Assembly (NCBI GenBank): GCA_963622135.1
Contig: CAVFGR010000015.1
Location: 1,064-65,063, forward strand
Reading direction: 5' to 3'
DNA from: a bacterium
Lineage (GTDB): Bacteria; Bacillota_I; Bacilli_A; RFN20; CAG-826
DNA length: 64,000 nt
Every line of letters starts with the position of its first letter. The first letter of the stretch is position 1. The notes under the pieces are model-generated. The model was not told the DNA's origin and ran no database searches. It saw only the letters and a program-made list of their open reading frames with translations. Below are positions 48,327-56,318 of the stretch, piece after piece. The position numbers and the translations under genes were made by a program.

Positions 48327-48838
48327 AAAAAGGTGTTGCCGTCTTAGTTAGCGCGATATGCCTTTTGGCCGTGGTTTTCGTTACGGTCTTCGGCACTCGC
48401 CCACAAGGTATCGTCCCTGTCATTTACATTACCAATCTCACCATCAAGCCAAGTGACAACAGCCGCTACTGGACCACTGATAGCGGTGTGCATCAATGCG
48501 TTATCGAATATGATCCAAATAAGGAAGTCACCGATGGCGAAGATTGCTATATGCCTTATATTTTTGTCACTGACATTCTTCCTGAAAACGCAACGAACAG
48601 AAGCTTTGTTTATACCCTCGCTAAGGAATATGAAAACTACATCACCTTCTCTTCTGGCGACCAAGCTGCTAGACAAGGCGCTTTCCTTATCAAAAAGATC
48701 ACTGACCGTGCAGATCCAATGGTCGTTTCCATCTCCGTTTCCCCGCAAGATGGCGGCAGTGGCAAAGGCGACACTTTAAAGATCGTCATTGTCTACGACA
48801 AGGTCTATGGAAGTTCTTCGACTCCAAGTGGCGATTAG
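48323..48838 (+). CDS. small signal-anchored exported protein
   Basis: N-terminal TM/signal MKKGVAVLVSAICLLAVVFV. GGGGGAGG RBS. ATGA overlap with the upstream gene. Confidence 0.55.
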   Translation: MKKGVAVLVSAICLLAVVFVTVFGTRPQGIVPVIYITNLTIKPSDNSRYWTTDSGVHQCVIEYDPNKEVTDGEDCYMPYIFVTDILPENATNRSFVYTLAKEYENYITFSSGDQAARQGAFLIKKITDRADPMVVSISVSPQDGGSGKGDTLKIVIVYDKVYGSSSTPSGD

Positions 48839-48914
48839 CCCGTTCTTTTATTCAATAATCTAGAATGCTAAAATCTTGACGGATATTTTACTTTGCAAAA
48901 TATCACTATAAACG

Positions 48915-51734
48915 ATGCAATATTTCTACCTAACATTAGTAGCTCTTTCTCCGGTTGTTCTCAGCATCGTTTTCTTTTTGCTTGATAAATACACGAAATT
49001 CAAGAATCTCAAATACATAGTCAAACAAATTATCTACGGCATCGCTTTCGGCGGACTAGCCATAGTTGGCACTGAATGTGGCATTCCTATCTCGGGGGCT
49101 CAAATCAATTGCCGTGACGCTGCCGTATTAACTGCTGGGCTTATGTTTGGTGGGCCAGCCGGCATGATTGCTGGTGTTATCGGTGGCGTTGAACGTTTTG
49201 TTAGCGTTTATTGGGGCGTTTCCTCTTTCACCCAAATCGCTTGCAGCGTCTCTACTATTTTGGCTGGCGCTTACGCTTGGTTAATTCGCAAATTCATGCT
49301 TGAAAACAATCGCCCGGGAATCTTCTTTGGCTTTTGCGCTGCGGTGGTTATGGAAATCTTCCATTTGGCCATGATTTTCTTCACCAACTTCAGCGCTCAA
49401 GCGGAAGCTATGGCGGTGGTTAGGGCCGCAACCCTCCCAATGGTTTTAAGCAATGGATTGTCTGTGGCGGTTTCAACCTTAGTCATGACCTTGCTTAACA
49501 AGGAGAAACTTTTTGCTAAACTTAGAGACACGAAAACATCGAAAATCGTTCAGCAATGGCTTCTTTTGACGGTTGTTATTGGTTTCTTAGCTTCCGGTGT
49601 TTTCGTTTATAGCTTCCAAACCTCATTAGCCAAGAGCGAGGCTAAAGAATCATTGAATTTGGCTATTTCGGATACCGAGGCGGACATCAAAGATAAGTCT
49701 GATGCGAACATCTTATCTATTTGTCATGATGTGGCCTCTGATTTAACAGCGGGTGATGACATCGATCTTATCGCTGATAGACGTGACGTAACTGATATTC
49801 ATGTCGTTAATAGCAAAGGCATCATTATCAAGAGCACTGATCTATCCTTAATTGGTTGGGATATGCATAATTCCGACCAATCGGAAGAATTCCTATGCCT
49901 TTTGGATGGAAAGACCACGTCTTATGTTCAGGCTTATGGACCGATTGGCTCAAATGAAGAAATCTATCGTAAGTTTGCAGGCGTTACCTATGATGATGGC
50001 TTCGTTCAAGTTGGATATGATGGCGAGCGTCTTCAAAGAGATATTGCCGAGCAAGTCAACAACGTAACCAAGAACCGCCATATCGGCAAAGGAGGATGCG
50101 TCCTCGTCCTCGACCAAAATAAGCAAATAGTTTCTGGCCCAGATTCATTTATGAAGGGCGGGCCGCTGGAAAGTGGCAACAGTTCCTTCCCAATTTCCGA
50201 TACTTTCAAAGTTACCGTAAAGGGAACGGAATACTATTGTGTCTATGCCATGTCGGAAGGCTATTACATCGTTTCCTTGTTGCCAATCGAAGAAGCTTTG
50301 GCTGATCGCAACGTTTCGTTATACCTAAGCACCTTCATGGAAGTAATTGTTTTCGCAATTATATTTGCTTTGGTTTACGGCTTAATCGAAAAGACGGTCG
50401 TCAAGCAACTTAAGCATGTCAATAAGACCTTGTACGCCATTTCCAATGGAGACCTTTCATTGGCGGTAGATGTTAGAGGTTCATTGGAAATGTCCTATCT
50501 TTCCAACGACATCAATAGAACCGTTGATTCGATGAAGAAGTTGATTTCCGAAGCCAACCAAAGAATCGACGATGAGTTGGAATTCGCTAAGCAGATTCAA
50601 TCGTCTTCCTTACCGGTTATCACTGAAAAAGTGAGTAAGCGGCAAGAATTCGATATATACGCCTCTATGAAAACCGCCAAAGAAGTCGGTGGGGATTTCT
50701 ATGATTTCTACGGAAATGAAAAGAACTTCAACATTATGATTGCCGATGTCTCGGGCAAAGGCATTCCAGCCGCGATGTTTATGATGCGTGCCAAAGCCGA
50801 CCTTAGGACCTTGACGGAAGCTGACAAGCCTTTAGATGAGGTTTTTACCTCTGCTAACTCCTCTTTGTGCGATCGTAATGATGCCGGAATGTTCGTCACG
50901 GCGTGGCAAGGGAACATCGATTTAGAAACCGGTCTTCTTACCTTCGTCAATGGTGGACATAACCCTCCATTAATCAAAAAAGCCTCAACTGGAAAATTTG
51001 AATACCTTAAGTCTAAAGCCGGCTTTATCTTAGGCGGGATGGAGGGATTCAAATATCGTTCCAATACCCTTCAATTGGAACCTGGGGATGTTCTTTTCCT
51101 TTATACCGACGGTATCACCGAAGCCGTTGATAACGATCTTAAATTGTATGGCGAACAACGTCTGCTTGATTTGCTCAATAAGACCGAGGCTAAGAATATG
51201 AAAGAACTCTGCCTAGAAGTCTCGAAAGATATCGAAGTTTTCTCCAACGGTGCCCAGCAGGCTGACGATATCACTATGCTGGCCTTCGAATATAAAGGGA
51301 TTGTGCCAATTCCAAGCATTCATTTCGATGAAGCTAAGTTAACGGATATTGAGCAAATGACCGAATTCCTTAATGCCGAACTAAACAAATGCCAATGCCT
51401 TAAGAAAGAACGTTATCAGCTCGATGTCGCCCTTGATGAAGTGGTCTCTAACATCATCAATCATGGATATGACGGGAAGCCGGGGCCACTTACGATGTCT
51501 GTCGAATATCGTGAAGACAGGAATGCCATCTATCTCAAATTTATCGATAAGGGCATTCCGTACAACCCGCTTCATAATTCCGATCCAAACCTCGATGTTT
51601 CCTTGGAAGAGAGGAAAGTCGGCGGAGTTGGCATCTATATCGTCAAGAACACGATGGACGATATGAAGTACAAATATGAAGATGGGCAAAATATTTTGAC
51701 TTTGACAAAGCTTCTTAATAAGGAAGGGGAATAA
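48915..51734 (+). CDS. membrane sensor protein: 7-TM + periplasmic sensor + HAMP + PP2C (SpoIIE/RsbU-type) phosphatase + GHKL anti-sigma-type Ser kinase (RsbW-like) domain
   Basis: PP2C motifs GGDFYDF, DVSGKG, TDGITEA, ADDIT. HATPase_c_2 motifs VVSNIINHGY...GGVGIYIV. Confidence 0.85.
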   Translation: MQYFYLTLVALSPVVLSIVFFLLDKYTKFKNLKYIVKQIIYGIAFGGLAIVGTECGIPISGAQINCRDAAVLTAGLMFGGPAGMIAGVIGGVERFVSVYWGVSSFTQIACSVSTILAGAYAWLIRKFMLENNRPGIFFGFCAAVVMEIFHLAMIFFTNFSAQAEAMAVVRAATLPMVLSNGLSVAVSTLVMTLLNKEKLFAKLRDTKTSKIVQQWLLLTVVIGFLASGVFVYSFQTSLAKSEAKESLNLAISDTEADIKDKSDANILSICHDVASDLTAGDDIDLIADRRDVTDIHVVNSKGIIIKSTDLSLIGWDMHNSDQSEEFLCLLDGKTTSYVQAYGPIGSNEEIYRKFAGVTYDDGFVQVGYDGERLQRDIAEQVNNVTKNRHIGKGGCVLVLDQNKQIVSGPDSFMKGGPLESGNSSFPISDTFKVTVKGTEYYCVYAMSEGYYIVSLLPIEEALADRNVSLYLSTFMEVIVFAIIFALVYGLIEKTVVKQLKHVNKTLYAISNGDLSLAVDVRGSLEMSYLSNDINRTVDSMKKLISEANQRIDDELEFAKQIQSSSLPVITEKVSKRQEFDIYASMKTAKEVGGDFYDFYGNEKNFNIMIADVSGKGIPAAMFMMRAKADLRTLTEADKPLDEVFTSANSSLCDRNDAGMFVTAWQGNIDLETGLLTFVNGGHNPPLIKKASTGKFEYLKSKAGFILGGMEGFKYRSNTLQLEPGDVLFLYTDGITEAVDNDLKLYGEQRLLDLLNKTEAKNMKELCLEVSKDIEVFSNGAQQADDITMLAFEYKGIVPIPSIHFDEAKLTDIEQMTEFLNAELNKCQCLKKERYQLDVALDEVVSNIINHGYDGKPGPLTMSVEYREDRNAIYLKFIDKGIPYNPLHNSDPNLDVSLEERKVGGVGIYIVKNTMDDMKYKYEDGQNILTLTKLLNKEGE

Positions 51735-51736
51735 GC

Positions 51737-52918
51737 ATGGACAACATTAGTTACAAATTGGAAAATGGGACTTTAACGGTTTTCGTTTCAGGGAGAATCG
51801 ATTCTTCGAACGCTCAAGAGTTTGATAGCGAATTAGAATTAATCCGCACGAATAATGCACACAATGCATTGGTGCTAGACGCCGAGAATCTTGAATATAC
51901 CTCCAGCGCCGGTTTACGCGCTATCCTACGCGTTTTGAAACTCGAACCGGGTATGAAAATCATCAATGCCTCCAGCGAAGTTTATGACATTTTCGAGATG
52001 ACTGGTTTCACCGAATTGATGACTATTCAAAAGGCTTACCGTCACATTTCGGTGGAAGGAGCTGAACTTATCGGACAAGGTGCGACGGGCAAAGTCTATA
52101 GAACCGCACCTGACACCATCGTTAAAGTCTATTTCGATTCAAATTCCCTTTCTGATATCGAAAGAGAAATCAAAATGGCTAGAAGGGCCTTCGTTTTAGG
52201 CATTCCGACCGCGATTCCGTTTGATATCGTCAAGGTTGGCGATAATTTTGGTTCGGTTTTCGAGATGCTTAACGCCGATTCCTTCGCGAAGTGCGTCATC
52301 AATGATCCCAATAATATTGATAAATATATCGATTTAAGCGTCGATCTTATGAAGAAAATCCATCACGCCGAAGTGAAGCCTGAAGAGATGGCGGACCAAA
52401 AGGCCGTTTTCCGTAAGAGAGTCGACTTTGCTAAAAATTACCTAAGCAAAGAAAGATACGAGAAATTGTCGAAGATGTATGAAGCCATCCCGGAAAGCAA
52501 TCACATGCTTCACGGCGATCTCCATTTCAAAAACATGATGATGCAAAATGGCGAAGTCCTCTTGATCGATATGGACACCCTTTGCCATGGAGACCCAATC
52601 TTTGAATTTGCCAGCATCTATGATGCCTACCTTGGCTTTTCGGAATTTGATCACGAGAACATTCATGATTTCTTAGGCATTACCTATGAGCAGGGCCAAC
52701 ACGTCTGGCAAAAGACGGTTGAGGACTATTTCGAGACTAAAGATGAAAACCGCATCAAAGAAATAACCGAGAAAGTACAAGTTTTAAGCCATCTTCGCCT
52801 CTTCCATCACATCATTACCCATGGGTTGGATACCGATGAAGAACATAAAAAGCAAAGAGACGGCTATCTCCATCTTCTCGAAAAAGCCATCGATGACGTT
52901 GATAACCTAATTCTCTAG
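51737..52918 (+). CDS. STAS (anti-sigma antagonist) domain fused to an APH/protein-kinase-like phosphotransferase domain
   Basis: STAS loop LEYTSSAGLRAIL. Kinase motifs IGQGATGKVYR, VKVY, HGDLHFKNMMM, LIDMD. Confidence 0.8.
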   Translation: MDNISYKLENGTLTVFVSGRIDSSNAQEFDSELELIRTNNAHNALVLDAENLEYTSSAGLRAILRVLKLEPGMKIINASSEVYDIFEMTGFTELMTIQKAYRHISVEGAELIGQGATGKVYRTAPDTIVKVYFDSNSLSDIEREIKMARRAFVLGIPTAIPFDIVKVGDNFGSVFEMLNADSFAKCVINDPNNIDKYIDLSVDLMKKIHHAEVKPEEMADQKAVFRKRVDFAKNYLSKERYEKLSKMYEAIPESNHMLHGDLHFKNMMMQNGEVLLIDMDTLCHGDPIFEFASIYDAYLGFSEFDHENIHDFLGITYEQGQHVWQKTVEDYFETKDENRIKEITEKVQVLSHLRLFHHIITHGLDTDEEHKKQRDGYLHLLEKAIDDVDNLIL

Positions 52919-52927
52919 GAGTTGAAG

Positions 52928-53227
52928 ATGGAAATAACTAAAAATTTAGATAGTGGGAAAGTCATTCTTTCCCTCAAAGGAAGGCTCGATACGGTCACTT
53001 CGCCAGAACTTGATAGAGTCATGAAAGAGACCTTTGAAGAAACCAATGATCTCGTTCTCGATTTAAAGGGACTGGACTATGTTTCATCTTCGGGCTTGCG
53101 TTTGTTTTTGATTGGTTATAAAACCATGTCCGGGAAAGGCGGACGCTTCTCCCTTATAAATGTCAATGAAGTCGTTATGGATGTCCTTGAAATGACGGGC
53201 TTCAACGATCTTCTATCCAACAATTAA
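52928..53227 (+). CDS. stand-alone STAS-domain anti-sigma-factor antagonist (SpoIIAA/RsbV-like)
   Basis: Phosphorylatable loop DYVSSSGLRLFL. TAGGAG RBS. The ORF track starts at an upstream TTG at 52922. Confidence 0.8.
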   Translation: MEITKNLDSGKVILSLKGRLDTVTSPELDRVMKETFEETNDLVLDLKGLDYVSSSGLRLFLIGYKTMSGKGGRFSLINVNEVVMDVLEMTGFNDLLSNN

Positions 53228-53243
53228 AATCTGGAGGTACAAC

Positions 53244-53885
53244 ATGTTGAAATTATTGGCCAGCTCTTCCGATTCAGGAAAAAATGTCGATGTCGGTTTA
53301 ATCGTCGCGATTGTCTTAGGCATCGCTCTTATTGTCACGTTGGTTGTCTTTATTATCTACACCATCAATCTTAAAAAAGGTGTCTCTTTCTTATACACCA
53401 TCGTCGGCAGCGAAGCCGATACGACCATCGATTCGGCCATCGAAAAGAACGAAACGGCCAAAAAAGACATGAAGAAAGGCGTCGTCACCGACTATAACAA
53501 GCAAAGAAAAGAAATCGCTAAGGAATACGATAAAAAGATCAAAGAGATTAACGCTGGCTACGCCAAACAAGTTAAAGAGACCAGAAAGCAGGCCAACGCC
53601 GCCATCAAGGTAGCGAAGGAAGACGAAGATGCCGAAGGACTTACCCAAATCCGCGAGAAATTAGACATCGACGTCCGCAATATCAACGCTTCCAAACGCG
53701 CTGAAGTTGATCCGGTGGTTACCGAAAAGAACGCTAAGTTAAAGGAAATCGAAGACCAATATAAGCCATCGCTTATCACCTATCAGAGGGTTTTGGCGGT
53801 TTCTAGACACACAAAACCTGTCGCAAAAATTTTAAAGAAATGCAAAGAAAAAGAATACGCTTTGCCAGACTACGATAAGCAATAA
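53244..53885 (+). CDS. membrane-anchored coiled-coil protein
   Basis: One TM (LIVAIVLGIALIVTLVVFIIY) followed by a K/E-rich helical region. GGAGGT RBS. Confidence 0.55.
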   Translation: MLKLLASSSDSGKNVDVGLIVAIVLGIALIVTLVVFIIYTINLKKGVSFLYTIVGSEADTTIDSAIEKNETAKKDMKKGVVTDYNKQRKEIAKEYDKKIKEINAGYAKQVKETRKQANAAIKVAKEDEDAEGLTQIREKLDIDVRNINASKRAEVDPVVTEKNAKLKEIEDQYKPSLITYQRVLAVSRHTKPVAKILKKCKEKEYALPDYDKQ

Positions 53886-53895
53886 AAGATTAGGC

Positions 53896-53935
53896 GGTTG
53901 CGGAGCTTAAGCCTTGGCAATCGCTTTTTTTATTT
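53896..53935 (+). terminator. terminator closing the 41.7-53.9 kb cluster
   Basis: GCGGTTGC...GCAATCGC stem followed by TTTTTTT. Confidence 0.55.
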
Positions 53936-54111
53936 TATGGGTGGGAAACTTTTTTATTCGTTGACACTTTTTAAGGCCATCAAAAAAATGTATCCGCTTT
54001 CATTTATGAGGGTTAAAATTATTTTACAATCGAAATAAGCTATTCGGCTTTCTAGGGAGGATTTTTGCCACATAGTTTATTTCCAAAAACTTGCAAATAG
54101 AAAGGAAACAC

Positions 54112-56181
54112 ATGAAAAAATATTGGCAAGAGCACAAAAAGAGCCTGCTCTGGTTGATTATTGGAATCGTCATGATCTTTGTCACCAGCTTTGCTCAATT
54201 TTTGGTGCAAACAGACGGCTGTAGTGTCAAGGTCTCTGATTTAAGAGATGAGACCAATACCGGCACTATCAGCTTGAATTACACGGACGACACCGGCGCC
54301 TCCGCGACCGGCGACTTCGAAATCAAAGGCGAAGTCAAGTCTGGCATCTTATTCGTCCCTAAGGATGCCTCCGCTGAAAACAAGAAGCCTGGCATCGTCC
54401 TCACTCACGGCTATTTGAATAACCGTGAACTCCAGCTTCCTAACGCTATCGAATTGGCAAGAAGAGGCTTTGTCGTCTTGACCGTTGACCGCGAAGGTCA
54501 TGGTAACTACAACAACGACGATGATGCGGGCGCGTTGATGGCCACCAAGGGCTTATATGAATCCGCTAAGTATTTATATAACCTTGATTACGTTGATCAG
54601 AGCATGATCGGTATCTCCGGTCACTCCATGGGTGGTTTCACCACTGCCATGGCCTTGATCACCGATATGAGTCAGCAGACCTTAACCCTCAATCGCAAGA
54701 GCGTTAAAGCTGATGGTTATCACATCATCAAAGCTGGTCTTATGCAAGGTTGGAGCTCCTTCATGGGCGCCGCCCCTGATGTCAGCGTTGGCTTATTGAA
54801 AGCCACTGATGACGAATTCTTCTTCACTTCTAAGGATTTGGAAGGAAATAAGACCATTTCCAGAGAATTCCTTCATAGCACCGGTGCCGCTTCCTTCGTT
54901 AAGATGGACACCACTGGTTTAACCGAAATCAACGTTCAGAACTGCGCTCGTTACGTCAATGGCGTCGTCGTTGACAAGAAGCCTGGCGAAGCCGTTGGCG
55001 AACCGTTCCGTGCTATCTACGAAGCCGATGAAATCCACCCACTCAACCACTGGTCAGTGACCAGCACCAGAAACGTCTTAGACTTCTTCTACGGCGCTTT
55101 CGGTACCCCAAACGGACACAAATACATCGCCGAAGGTCGTCAGACCTGGGTCGTTAAGGAATTATTCTCCTTCGCCGGCATGCTTTCCTTGTTGTCCTTA
55201 ATCGTCCCATGCGTCAGCTTGATGCTCACTATCCCGTTCTTCAAGTCATTGAAGAAAAAACGCATCGCTGCAGTCGCTGCCGATGGCACTATCGCTACCA
55301 GAGAAGTCGAAGTTACGAAAGAAGCCATCGAAGAAGAAAAGAAACCTCTCAAGAAGTGGTATTCTCACTTGTTCTATTGGATCCCAGCCGTTGTTTGCGC
55401 GGTCTTCGCGGGCTTCTCTATCCAGAAGTTCTGCACCGAATGGGCCGATAAGATCTTCCCGAATTCTCAGTTGTTCCCGCAGGATACAACCAACTGGGTC
55501 GCTGTCTGGACTGCCGCTTGCGGTATCTTCGTCTGCATCGTGACCTTGCTCGTCTACATCGTTAAGTACTGCATCAACAAGGGCAGAGTCGCCCATGGCA
55601 AAGAGCCAATTGATGCTGATAACCCATTCGCTACCGCCAAGGTTTCTTCCTTCGGTAACGCCTTAAAGACCATCTTATTGGCCTGCATCGTCGTCTTCTT
55701 ACTCTACTTAGTCGTCTTCATCAACTGGAAAGCCTGGGTTGTTGACTTCCGTCTCTGGACGCTCGTCATCAAGGTCTTCAACGTCTCTAGCATGATGCCA
55801 ACCATCCTCCGCTACTTGCCGTGGTTCGCCGTTTACTACATCCTTTCCGGCATTGCCAACCAGACCTTCAGAGCCAAGAACATCCCAGATTGGGCCACCA
55901 TCGCCATCAACTCGTTCTTCAACGTCGTTGGCTTGGTCTTGGTTATCGCCATCCAGTATGGCACCTTCAAGTCCACTGGCGTCTTATGGCAGGGGAATAT
56001 GGCCTTAGGCTACATCGTCCTCTTCCCGACGATCGGCGTCCTTATCATCGCCGCCATCCTTTCCCGTGTTCTCTACAAGAAGACCGGAAACATTTGGCTT
56101 GGTTCCTTAATCAACGCTCTCTTATTCACCATCATCACAGTTTCCAACACTGCTGCTAGCTGGGGATATGTCTTCGCGTAA
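54112..56181 (+). CDS. alpha/beta-hydrolase (dienelactone hydrolase/S9-like) domain fused to a C-terminal polytopic membrane domain
   Basis: GISGHSMGG nucleophile elbow, N-terminal TM, about 8 C-terminal TM. AAAGGAAA RBS. The ORF track starts at 54091. Confidence 0.7.
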   Translation: MKKYWQEHKKSLLWLIIGIVMIFVTSFAQFLVQTDGCSVKVSDLRDETNTGTISLNYTDDTGASATGDFEIKGEVKSGILFVPKDASAENKKPGIVLTHGYLNNRELQLPNAIELARRGFVVLTVDREGHGNYNNDDDAGALMATKGLYESAKYLYNLDYVDQSMIGISGHSMGGFTTAMALITDMSQQTLTLNRKSVKADGYHIIKAGLMQGWSSFMGAAPDVSVGLLKATDDEFFFTSKDLEGNKTISREFLHSTGAASFVKMDTTGLTEINVQNCARYVNGVVVDKKPGEAVGEPFRAIYEADEIHPLNHWSVTSTRNVLDFFYGAFGTPNGHKYIAEGRQTWVVKELFSFAGMLSLLSLIVPCVSLMLTIPFFKSLKKKRIAAVAADGTIATREVEVTKEAIEEEKKPLKKWYSHLFYWIPAVVCAVFAGFSIQKFCTEWADKIFPNSQLFPQDTTNWVAVWTAACGIFVCIVTLLVYIVKYCINKGRVAHGKEPIDADNPFATAKVSSFGNALKTILLACIVVFLLYLVVFINWKAWVVDFRLWTLVIKVFNVSSMMPTILRYLPWFAVYYILSGIANQTFRAKNIPDWATIAINSFFNVVGLVLVIAIQYGTFKSTGVLWQGNMALGYIVLFPTIGVLIIAAILSRVLYKKTGNIWLGSLINALLFTIITVSNTAASWGYVFA

Positions 56182-56201
56182 TTAAACTAAGGTAACTAAA
56201 A

Positions 56202-56228
56202 GGCTCAGGTTAATCCTGGGCCTTTTTT
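56202..56228 (+). terminator. rho-independent terminator
   Basis: GGCTCAGG-ttaat-CCTGGGCC followed by TTTTTT. Confidence 0.7.
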
Positions 56229-56251
56229 CGTGCCTATAGCCATAAATATTA

Positions 56252-56269
56252 AGTTAGCATTCGCTAACG
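56252..56269. promoter_or_regulatory. palindromic operator candidate AGTTAG-N6-CTAACG (copy 3)
   Basis: AGTTAGCATTCGCTAACG, 15 nt upstream of a TATAAT box (56284-56289) and 50 nt upstream of the antiporter start. Confidence 0.5.
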
Positions 56270-56318
56270 TAATATACGGGCCTTATAATGTGTCCCGTTG
56301 CCTTAAGGAGGCAGTATT

